A DNA stretch of 64,000 bases from an uncultured beta proteobacterium. Lineage in GTDB: Bacteria > Pseudomonadota > Gammaproteobacteria > Burkholderiales > Burkholderiaceae_C. Under the pieces are notes generated by a model that worked only from the letters and a program-made list of their open reading frames with translations, made no database searches and was not told where the DNA came from. A program made the position numbers and the translations under genes. Location of the stretch: positions 4,014 through 68,013 of the forward strand of contig CAIMBE010000126.1 in the NCBI GenBank assembly GCA_903839085.1, written 5' to 3'. Shown here piece after piece: positions 52,910 through 60,658 of the stretch; position 1 is the stretch's first letter, and each line of letters opens with the position of its first letter.

Positions 52910-53704
52910 TCAGGGCTGGCGCTTTGAGGCGCCAGCTGTCGCTGGGGCCGCTTGCCGCGCCTGCGCCAGGCTGGACTGAATCTGCTGCGCAAACAGGTTG
53001 TCAGGCCCGCCCATGGCCACGACCTGATCCCAGTACTTGACGGCGGCCGCGTAGTCCTTGCGCTCAAAGGCATCACTGCCGGCGATTGCCAGAGCCTTGA
53101 CGTTGCGTGGGTCAAGCGTAAGCGCGCGCGCAATCAGTTTCATCGGCTCACCGGTCAAAACCCGATTGTTCTTGACCGCCAACGCGTCGGCGTAGTCGGC
53201 GAGCAGGCCGGCGTCGCCCTTGCTCAGTTCGAACGCTTTGGCATAGGCTGCCACCGCCTCATCGGCGCGTCCCAGCGCACCATAGGAGCGCGCCAGCATG
53301 GCCCAACCCGCAGCGTCACCGGGCTTTTCCTTCAGCCGCGCCGCCAGTTTGCCGATCATGCTGCCCATCTGGTCGGAGGCAGCCGCATGCGGCGGCGTGG
53401 CACCCAGCGCGTGGGGAACGCTGGTTTTGGAACCAGCAGCAACGCCGTTGGACGCCGAGCGCTTGACCCCATAAACAACCGCGGCCACGATCAGCAACAC
53501 GATGACCAGAGCCGCCAGCCATTGCCACGCCGGCCGCCGGGGTGATGATGCCGGCGCGGGTGGCTCAGCCATCACGCAATCGAGGATGCTGCGCTCGTGC
53601 TGCGCCTTTTGCAGTTCGTACGACTCAATGCTGAGCGAGCCGGAGGCGCGCGCTTCGTCTAGTTGCAGCAGTTGATTCCTGAGAGCGCCTAAGTCGTGAT
53701 CCAT
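52910..53704 (-). CDS. CcmI/NrfG-like TPR protein (single TM, periplasmic TPR domain); putative apocytochrome chaperone
   Basis: TM WLAALVIVLLIVAAVVYGV, then TPR repeats (GWAMLARSYGALGRADEAVAAYAKAFEL, LDPRNVKALAIAGSDAFERKDYAAAVKYWDQVV) closely resembling CcmI/CycH C-terminal domains. I use start ATG 53704; ATG 53728 is also possible. Confidence 0.72.
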   Translation of the reverse strand: MDHDLGALRNQLLQLDEARASGSLSIESYELQKAQHERSILDCVMAEPPAPASSPRRPAWQWLAALVIVLLIVAAVVYGVKRSASNGVAAGSKTSVPHALGATPPHAAASDQMGSMIGKLAARLKEKPGDAAGWAMLARSYGALGRADEAVAAYAKAFELSKGDAGLLADYADALAVKNNRVLTGEPMKLIARALTLDPRNVKALAIAGSDAFERKDYAAAVKYWDQVVAMGGPDNLFAQQIQSSLAQARQAAPATAGASKRQP

Positions 53705-53730
53705 GGGTACTGTGATGCATGTTGACATTT

Positions 53731-55503
53731 TCAATGTTTGATCTGTTTCCAGCTTTCGCTCACGTGGCATTGCTGGCAGCGCGCGCCAAAACGCCCCTGA
53801 TGCGGGTCGCTGCTGCGGTGACAAGCGTAACAGGTCGCTGGCAGTGCGGCGGCGGCCTTGCCGGCCGGCGCCGGATCGCGATGGCAACTGACACAGGCCA
53901 CCGGTCGGTGCGCGCCTTCCAGCCGAAACTTGGTGCCTGTGTCATGGTCAAAGTCCCACAGCTTCCAGGCACGCGCGTTGTGGCAGCTTTCGCAACGCGG
54001 CCCCAGCGTCTGCTTGTGCTTGTCTTCCTTCAGATGGCAGGCCGTGCAGTCGCGCCGCGCATCCCGAAAACGCGTCGTTTCATGGCAGTTCTTGCAGGTG
54101 GCCACGCCGTGGCGCCCGTTGAGCGCAAAGCGGGCGCGGTTGTGATCGAAGCGCTCGACCTTCCAATTCAAATCGGAGTGACAGGCACCGCATTTCGGGC
54201 CAAGCTGGTCTTCATGTTTATCATCCTTCTTGTGGCAGCCCAGGCACTCTATCGAGGTGTTGCGCAAACTCTTGACGTCCTTGTGGCAGGAATCGCATTT
54301 GACCTTCGCTCCCCTGTGCGCGTTTTGCAGGCGAAAGCTGGTCTTGTCGTGGTCAAAGCGCGTGGCCTTCCAGTCGTTCGCGGTATGACAGTCGGCGCAT
54401 TTTTCACCGAGGTTGGCCGCGTGTTTATCATCCTTTTTGTGGCAGGCGTAGCACTCCTTGCTCGCCTGCTTGAACAGGCTGCCTTCGTGGCATGCCTTGC
54501 ACTCGGTCTTGACGTGTTTTCCCAGCAGCGGGAAAGCCGACTTGTCATGGTCAAAGCCGGGGGACTCCTTCCATGATTTTTCATTGTGGCACTTGGCACA
54601 GTCGCGCCCCAGACTGTCCTTGTGCTTGTCGTCCTTGCTGTGGCAGGCGTAGCACTCGCGGCTGGTCTTGACCTTGTAGAGATCAGCGGTATGACAGGCC
54701 GTGCACTTTGCGCTGTGGTGCTTGCCGTTCAGGACATACTTGGTATCAAGATCGTGGTTGAAGTGGGAGCTCTTCCAGGCTTTGTCGCCATGGCACGTGT
54801 CACACTTTTCACCAAATTGACCCTTGTGACCTTTCTGCTCGTCGTCCTTGCGGTGGCAGGCCAGACAGGCCTTGGGCGTGTCCTTGTATACGCCCTTCAA
54901 ATGGCAGGCCTCGCACTTTGTGTCAACGTGTTTGCCGCTCAGAGCGAATTTTGTTTTGCCATGGTCAAACCGGTATTCCTTCCAGTTCGTTGCATCGTGA
55001 CAGTCGGCGCAAGCGTTACTCAAAGCGCCCTTGTGCTTGTCGTCCTTGCGATGGCAGGCCACGCATGTGTCGGGCGCCTGTCGATACAGTTTGCCGGCAA
55101 GATGGCACTTCTCGCACTCCACTTTCTGATGCTTGGCCTTCAGCGGGTAATCGGTAATGGCGTGGTCAAACGCCTGCTTGTCCATCGCGTACAGCCGCAT
55201 GTCGCGCCCCTGGTGCTCGGTGTGGCATTGGCGACACTCCTGCGGTTTCATTTTTCCGTGGTGGCCGGTATGGGCGCTGACGTCAGCACGCGTCTCCTTG
55301 TGGCAATCCAGGCAAAGCCGGCTTTGTTCCTGGCGCTTGAACCGCACATGGCACTTCGCGCAGTCTTCCTCGTATTTGGCGTGGGCCTGCGACAGTTTTC
55401 CCGGTGCAATGACCGACTCGATACCCTGGGCCATGGCCCAGGGCGTGGCAAGCACGAGGCCAAGCAGAGCAACACAGCGCCAGATCCGGCCAATAGAAAG
55501 CAT
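53731..55503 (-). CDS. 24-haem c-type cytochrome (eight tandem trihaem c7/c3-like modules)
   Basis: Sec signal ...ATPWAMA-QG. I counted 24 CXXCH motifs in 590 aa. GAGGACGG lies upstream of the ATG. Confidence 0.95.
   Translation of the reverse strand: MLSIGRIWRCVALLGLVLATPWAMAQGIESVIAPGKLSQAHAKYEEDCAKCHVRFKRQEQSRLCLDCHKETRADVSAHTGHHGKMKPQECRQCHTEHQGRDMRLYAMDKQAFDHAITDYPLKAKHQKVECEKCHLAGKLYRQAPDTCVACHRKDDKHKGALSNACADCHDATNWKEYRFDHGKTKFALSGKHVDTKCEACHLKGVYKDTPKACLACHRKDDEQKGHKGQFGEKCDTCHGDKAWKSSHFNHDLDTKYVLNGKHHSAKCTACHTADLYKVKTSRECYACHSKDDKHKDSLGRDCAKCHNEKSWKESPGFDHDKSAFPLLGKHVKTECKACHEGSLFKQASKECYACHKKDDKHAANLGEKCADCHTANDWKATRFDHDKTSFRLQNAHRGAKVKCDSCHKDVKSLRNTSIECLGCHKKDDKHEDQLGPKCGACHSDLNWKVERFDHNRARFALNGRHGVATCKNCHETTRFRDARRDCTACHLKEDKHKQTLGPRCESCHNARAWKLWDFDHDTGTKFRLEGAHRPVACVSCHRDPAPAGKAAAALPATCYACHRSSDPHQGRFGARCQQCHVSESWKQIKH
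53734..55401 (-). repeat. eight tandem ~66-70-aa coding modules inside the cytochrome gene
   Basis: The recurring unit is FDH-x-K-x-F-x-L-x-GKH-x4-CxxCH-x10-14-CxxCH-x-KDDxH-x5-6-CxxCH-x5-W-x4-FDH. Each unit has three CXXCH motifs plus three extra His residues. Confidence 0.85.
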
Positions 55504-55518
55504 GGTGTTGGTCCGTCC

Positions 55519-56418
55519 TCAGTAGGCGTGCACTGCAAAAATATGAACGAAGGTACTGATCACCAGCATGAAAACAAAAGGAATATGAGCGATATGCCAA
55601 GCCGAGAGCATCCAGGTGTAGGCACCGAACTGAGCCACCCGGACTTCGGCATTGAGGTAGCGCATCACCAGTTTGCGCGCCAGTCTGCGATGCTCGCGAA
55701 CCTTGTCGGCATTCCACTGCAGATGCTTGGCCAGCCGTGCTGAAGGTTCGCGCAACAATCGCGTGCAACGCCAGTAAACCAGCCACTGCACGATCGGCAA
55801 GACAAACACCCGGCGCATATAGGTGCGCCAGCCCGGCACGGCCGCGCGTTCGCGCTGTGCGAAATCGAGCAGTGTCTTCTCAACCTCACGCGCAAAACTC
55901 AGGCGCGAACGAACGCCCTCCTGCTCCAGACCGGCGCGCGCCTTGAGGTCCTGCAAACTCCCGATCTCACCATGCAAACCCCGGTTCACACGCATGTAAA
56001 TGAAGCGGCCGGCAACACCGCTGAGCGCAACAATGATCATGCTCCCGAGCGCCACGCCAGCGTTGATGGATCCAAACCGGAAACCGGAATGCACCAGAAT
56101 CAAAAGTGGCCCGCCGATACCCAGCACCATGTGCAACACAAGCCACATCCTGACAGGGCCCCAGTTGCGCGCGAAGCGGAAATGTTTGCGCAGAGGATAG
56201 CTGAACAGGATCAGCATCATGACGGCGCCGGCCACGCCAAGCCAGTAACCGAGGTCGTCCCTGGGCTTGAACAGCTTGAGCAGACTGATCTGGCGCGCAA
56301 CCCATACCAGGAAGGTCAGTGCGGCATAGACCATGAGGTCCTTGGAAAGCTCGGGCACATAACGCGCCGTTGTGGTGTCACCCGAACTGACATCTGATGC
56401 GTTGGAATTCAAGTTCAA
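55519..56418 (-). CDS. integral membrane protein with two H-x13-H helices; candidate dihaem b-type cytochrome subunit
   Basis: About five TM helices. LHMVLGIGGPLLILVH and HIPFVFMLVISTFVH each place two His residues 13 residues apart. The track start is a TTG overlapping the upstream stop (TTGA); ATG 56334 is an alternative. Confidence 0.7.
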   Translation of the reverse strand: MNLNSNASDVSSGDTTTARYVPELSKDLMVYAALTFLVWVARQISLLKLFKPRDDLGYWLGVAGAVMMLILFSYPLRKHFRFARNWGPVRMWLVLHMVLGIGGPLLILVHSGFRFGSINAGVALGSMIIVALSGVAGRFIYMRVNRGLHGEIGSLQDLKARAGLEQEGVRSRLSFAREVEKTLLDFAQRERAAVPGWRTYMRRVFVLPIVQWLVYWRCTRLLREPSARLAKHLQWNADKVREHRRLARKLVMRYLNAEVRVAQFGAYTWMLSAWHIAHIPFVFMLVISTFVHIFAVHAY

Positions 56419-58697
56419 TCCTCCGAACCCATCGACTGTGCGCGCCGTTTGCGCGCACGCAGCAACAGTGCTGCCATGAATAGCAGCAACCAGAGCACGG
56501 GATCGGGCTCACCCGCGATCGACATGGAGCAGCCACTCCCGCCGTCCGCCGGCGGCGATGCCGGCGCGACGATGACGACCGGCGTCACTAGCCCGGAACT
56601 GGTGGCGACAAAAAGACTGCCTCCCAGCAGACGCACGCCGTTGACCACCAACGAGGGCAAGGCCGATGTCCCAACGCCACTGATGTCAACCAGACCCTTG
56701 AAAGCCCGATCCGCCAGGCTGATGGCCCACAAACCCTCGGCCGTGCCAACATACAGATTCACCGTGTCCACGGCCAGCGCCTTGACACTGACCAGCGGAA
56801 ATGGCAGCGCGGCAAAGCCGGTAACCGAGCCCCAGGCACCGTTTTCATTCTGCATCAGAAAACCGTTGCCACCAATGAACACGACACCCGCCGCGACGGC
56901 AAGACTGTTGACGCGTGAATCGCTTGCAAACGACTCGGCCCCAAACATCCGCCACGCCGGCGCGAGCGCCGGTTTGGCCGGTACAAAATCGCTCGCCACA
57001 TAAACCGCATTGTCATAGCTGAGACCAACATCAAGCCACCCGGCCACATAAACCGAACCACCCGACACTACCAGGCTTTGGACATTGAAGTTGGCACGCG
57101 GCGCACTCTGGATCACATCAAAGGGCACGCCACCAACCAGCGGCCTCAATTCCAGGCAACCACTGTCATCAAAGCGGCGTCCAGCGTACAGTGCCTGCGC
57201 GCCAACCGCCAGCGCCCTGACGTCGTAGGCATTGCCAAGCGGCGTCCATGCGCCTGTTCCCTGCCACAGGTAATAAACGCCTTGGTCGGTGGCTGCGTAC
57301 AGCACGTTGTGGGCGCTGTCGGCAGCGAGTGCACGAATAGCGGTGACCGGTGAGAGCGGGCCGGCGAGCTGGGTACGGGTCCAGTTGGCACCGCGATCGG
57401 TACTCACCACCACGTCAACGTAGCTCCCGGTGTCGGTCTGCGTGATGGCAAACAGCGAGGCCCCGATTTGCGCAACATCCTGCACCTGCACATTGTTCAG
57501 CCGCTGGCTCGGTGCATCGACACGGGCCGGGCCGTTGAGCGGCGCTGGTTTTGACAGGGCAAGCAGCGTACTCTGCGTCAAATCAGCAGCGGTGCTGGCA
57601 TACAGACCGGACTCGGTGGCCCATAACAGGCTGGAGCGGGCAGCAGGATCGACCTGCAACGCAGCACGAACATAACTGCCCATGGCGAATGCAGGGCCCG
57701 GTACAAAACCCGGTGCCGACACGGTGCCGTCGTCGAATACCGAAGTAGCAAAAGCACCGTCACTGCTTGCCATGGCAAGCACGGATTGCGTCGCCGCGCC
57801 AACTCTGGCAACCGCCAGTCCATTGCAAGTCCTGGGATCATCACCGGCAAACTGCAGACGGGTCCAGGTCAGTAGCCCGCCCGTTGACAGATCGGCCTGG
57901 AAAACCAAGCCGGCCAGCGTGCAGGTAAACGCCCATTTGGACGAGGACGATACGATCGCCGCAACCTGCTCACCCAGCAACCCCGCGAGCACGGGAAAGC
58001 CGTCAGCGTCGGTCGTCGCCTCGCTGTTGATCCAGTTCTGATTGGCATCCTGACGGTAGATCGTGCTCAATGAACCAACCGCAACGCTCCCACCCAGCAA
58101 CCCGAGTGCGCTCACAGTGGAGGCACTGCCCGCCGGGCCCGCTGGCAAACTCGTTTTAACCCAGGCTGGTTTACTCTGTCCCGCCTCACTGGTGACATAG
58201 ATGTTGGGCTCACAGTTGGACGCCATGTACAAACGCGATTCGGCGCTGAGCAACAGGCTGATGGCACACGCCGATGCAGTGTCCGCCGCCTGGGGCGACT
58301 GCAGACGGCTCCAGCCCAAGGTACCGCCTGCGGGCGAAAAATAAACACCGTCATCGGTCGCGGCATAAACGAAATTGCCCAGGCTCGCCATGGCATGAAC
58401 ATGACGCCCGCTGCGTATGCCGCTGTTGCCAGCAGTCCAGGTGGCGCCCCCATCCTTGCTGACGAACACGCCATTGACATCACTGCCAGCGTACAAAATA
58501 TTCAACGGCTCAGCAGGATCAGCCAGCAAGGCCGTCACACTGCCGCCGGTCGGACCGAGCACGCTCCAGGTGGGCGCCGTCTGCGCCCAGCTCGCAAGGC
58601 TGCCAAGGCCACAGATCAGCAACAGCATCGTGCGAACACAACGCGCCCAGCGCAAAACAGCTAATGCACCGGCAAGCACACGGAGTCGATCGCTCAT
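56415..58697 (-). CDS. secreted BNR/Asp-box beta-propeller-like protein with a C-terminal tripartite sorting signal
   Basis: Long signal peptide ending SLASWA-QT. Asp-box motifs SKDGGATW and STDRGANW sit among Gly/Ser/Ala-rich repeats. I use start ATG 58697; the track start GTG 58736 is possible. Confidence 0.8.
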   Translation of the reverse strand: MSDRLRVLAGALAVLRWARCVRTMLLLICGLGSLASWAQTAPTWSVLGPTGGSVTALLADPAEPLNILYAGSDVNGVFVSKDGGATWTAGNSGIRSGRHVHAMASLGNFVYAATDDGVYFSPAGGTLGWSRLQSPQAADTASACAISLLLSAESRLYMASNCEPNIYVTSEAGQSKPAWVKTSLPAGPAGSASTVSALGLLGGSVAVGSLSTIYRQDANQNWINSEATTDADGFPVLAGLLGEQVAAIVSSSSKWAFTCTLAGLVFQADLSTGGLLTWTRLQFAGDDPRTCNGLAVARVGAATQSVLAMASSDGAFATSVFDDGTVSAPGFVPGPAFAMGSYVRAALQVDPAARSSLLWATESGLYASTAADLTQSTLLALSKPAPLNGPARVDAPSQRLNNVQVQDVAQIGASLFAITQTDTGSYVDVVVSTDRGANWTRTQLAGPLSPVTAIRALAADSAHNVLYAATDQGVYYLWQGTGAWTPLGNAYDVRALAVGAQALYAGRRFDDSGCLELRPLVGGVPFDVIQSAPRANFNVQSLVVSGGSVYVAGWLDVGLSYDNAVYVASDFVPAKPALAPAWRMFGAESFASDSRVNSLAVAAGVVFIGGNGFLMQNENGAWGSVTGFAALPFPLVSVKALAVDTVNLYVGTAEGLWAISLADRAFKGLVDISGVGTSALPSLVVNGVRLLGGSLFVATSSGLVTPVVIVAPASPPADGGSGCSMSIAGEPDPVLWLLLFMAALLLRARKRRAQSMGSED
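56418..56552 (-). other. C-terminal sorting-signal-like region of the beta-propeller protein
   Basis: The last 45 aa read PADGGSGCSMSIAGEPDPVLWLLLFMAALLLRARKRRAQSMGSED. They comprise a Gly/Ser stretch with a single Cys, a DP motif, a hydrophobic helix and a basic cluster. Confidence 0.65.
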
Positions 58698-58739
58698 AAA
58701 TACACCATTTGAAAATACATCATCTGCACACGCCACGCA

Positions 58740-60206
58740 TCAAAAGGAATACCAGGGACTGGTAGAAAATATGGGATCCCTGGCAGCCAGATCCCAGATT
58801 GACAAACTCACCCGTCTCCCATAGAAGAACGGTAGGCCCCAGGAAAAGGACGCCGCGCTGCCGTCCGAAGCCGCCGGGGCGCCCGCCATGCCCGCCAGTG
58901 CCGTGATCGACTGCGCCAGGGTACCGGCGTTGCCGACAGTGAAAAAAACCTTGGCCGCGTTCTGTCCCGGTCGGTCGCCGTCCGATACGGTCGCTGATTT
59001 CGACAAGGCGCTGAGCGGGCAATACCAGGAAGCCTCCCCCGCTGCAACCGCCGCACACCTTGCGATCGCGCTGTCGCTGAAGAACAAACCGTTGGTGCCG
59101 GTGTCGAGATAACTGTTGTAAATTGTGTTGCCGTTGTACTGGGTTGTGACACTGAGGTAAGAGTCGAATCCGTGCGTTGACAAGCTGTTCTGCCAGTCCA
59201 CGCCCAATTGAATCCGGTTCGCACCCGCGGCCAACTGGTTGCTGATGCTTCGCTTGCTGGCGTCAGTGCTGCGGGTATTGATGCCAAAAATAAGTTCCCC
59301 GTTGACTTTGGCAGCACCAGTCTCGGGAAGTGCCGGCAGCACCAGCACGACGCCATTGTTGTCAGCCAGATTGTTGTTGTTCGGGTCCTTGCCCAGTGCA
59401 GCGACCGGATTGAAAACCTGCAGGTTGGCGGCGACGGCAGCCGGCGTGCATTGAAGCGCGCTGCTGGCCGCTGGCGGACAGCTGTAGTACTGCACATAGG
59501 AGTTGACATAGTGCTTGTCAAGGCACAAGGCGCCGCAGTCCAGTGTGACGCTGCCGATGCCAAGGATGCCGTTAGAGCCGAGCGCGCTGACTGAACTCAG
59601 CACCTGGCCATTGACCGCGTTAAAACAGTCCAGCGGCGCCTGCACCGCAGCACCGGGATCGTCCTGGATCAGTTGCAGCGGAAGTGCGCTCGCCCACTGC
59701 TCGCCAAGTCCGACATCGGCCACTGCCGTCGGGCCCCACAGGCCACCCACCACAAAGGGGTAGCACTCGTGCGCCTGACCCGCCACACCCGCGGTGCCGG
59801 CACTGGATGAGAGCTCAACCGGAACCAGTCCGAGCGCAGCGACCTTGCTCGCCAGAATGCGCAGTCCAACCGAGCCGGTATCGACCTGCACGTGATCAAT
59901 CGTCGCGCATTTGGTGCTCGGACCATCAGTCGGTCGGGCACCGGGGGCACAGACCGTCACGTTGGCGTACAGAACATTGGTCGGCATCGCAAACAGATGG
60001 GCGGGCCCGCTGTCCACCGTCACTTCCATGTTGTTGACCTTTTGCACGAAAGGAGCACCAACCGTCGGACCGGTGACGGAACAATCGGGCGATGCGCTGC
60101 AGCGCAGGGTCGTCACGCTCGAATCACCGCCACCGCAGGCTGCCAAGCAAGCGAGGCAGATTGCCCAGGCAAGCGGAAAGTCAAACCGGCACAGCACGGT
60201 CTTCAC
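58740..60206 (-). CDS. lipoprotein with pepsin-like (two-DTG) aspartic-peptidase signature; probably the family annotated as DUF3443
   Basis: Lipobox in LAWAICLACLAAC-GGG. Ordered motifs are VQVDTGSVGL, NGILGIGS, NGELIFGI and YLDTGTNGLFF. The GTG start at 60206 overlaps the upstream stop (GTGA); track start 60437 is trimmed by 77 codons. Confidence 0.78.
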   Translation of the reverse strand: MKTVLCRFDFPLAWAICLACLAACGGGDSSVTTLRCSASPDCSVTGPTVGAPFVQKVNNMEVTVDSGPAHLFAMPTNVLYANVTVCAPGARPTDGPSTKCATIDHVQVDTGSVGLRILASKVAALGLVPVELSSSAGTAGVAGQAHECYPFVVGGLWGPTAVADVGLGEQWASALPLQLIQDDPGAAVQAPLDCFNAVNGQVLSSVSALGSNGILGIGSVTLDCGALCLDKHYVNSYVQYYSCPPAASSALQCTPAAVAANLQVFNPVAALGKDPNNNNLADNNGVVLVLPALPETGAAKVNGELIFGINTRSTDASKRSISNQLAAGANRIQLGVDWQNSLSTHGFDSYLSVTTQYNGNTIYNSYLDTGTNGLFFSDSAIARCAAVAAGEASWYCPLSALSKSATVSDGDRPGQNAAKVFFTVGNAGTLAQSITALAGMAGAPAASDGSAASFSWGLPFFYGRRVSLSIWDLAARDPIFSTSPWYSF

Positions 60207-60649
60207 TCCAGACCTATTTGCTCTGGATTGACGCCGCGCGGCAGCATGGAGCGGCGAAAAGCAAAGCCGGAAAACACGTGCAGATACGCGCTCGATTGGA
60301 GCACCAGATCGAGATCGTCGTGCTGAAAATACCGTTGCACGCCAGTGCGTTGTGCAGCGACCCGCGCTGCCGCTGAGTAGCCCGGATACGAGGTTCCCAG
60401 CAGAGCCGAGAGGTCGGGCTTGTACAGGGTGCGCCAACTCACAGCAAAGACCATGCCGCTGCTTGAGACATATTGCCGAAAGCGTGAGCCATCGGCACTC
60501 TGGAACTCGTGCAGCGAATACTGCGCGCCGGGCATGACCCGATGCTGTGCCGCCATGCGTTTATGCTCGACATTGTTCGAATCAAGATCCTGTCCGAGGC
60601 CGGCAAAAGAATGCACCGGTCCGAGCAAGAGCGCCAGCGCCACTATCAT
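60203..60649 (-). CDS. small secreted protein (148 aa), probably the DUF2844 family
   Basis: Signal peptide MIVALALLLGPVHSFA-GL. The track ORF (to 61291) is trimmed by 214 codons, because its upstream part is the Arg/Pro/Thr/Gln-rich antisense of the CPBP gene. Confidence 0.7.
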   Translation of the reverse strand: MIVALALLLGPVHSFAGLGQDLDSNNVEHKRMAAQHRVMPGAQYSLHEFQSADGSRFRQYVSSSGMVFAVSWRTLYKPDLSALLGTSYPGYSAAARVAAQRTGVQRYFQHDDLDLVLQSSAYLHVFSGFAFRRSMLPRGVNPEQIGLE

Positions 60650-60658
60650 GCGCAAACA

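Noticed and set aside
53719-55743. Two long plus-strand ORFs (53719-54576 and 54586-55743) opposite the multihaem cytochrome gene.
   Set aside because: The minus strand encodes 24 regularly spaced CXXCH motifs plus a signal peptide, which cannot be chance. The plus-strand products are hydrophobic, low-complexity mirror images of the repeated Lys/His/Cys codons.
56418-56552. Reading the C-terminal tag as a PEP-CTERM (exosortase) signal because of the sequence GEPDP before the helix.
   Set aside because: The motif is EPDP rather than a clean PEP. A conserved-looking Cys precedes it, no exosortase is in the window, and a CPBP protease is adjacent. I cannot exclude an exosortase elsewhere in the genome, so this stays listed as an alternative in the finding.
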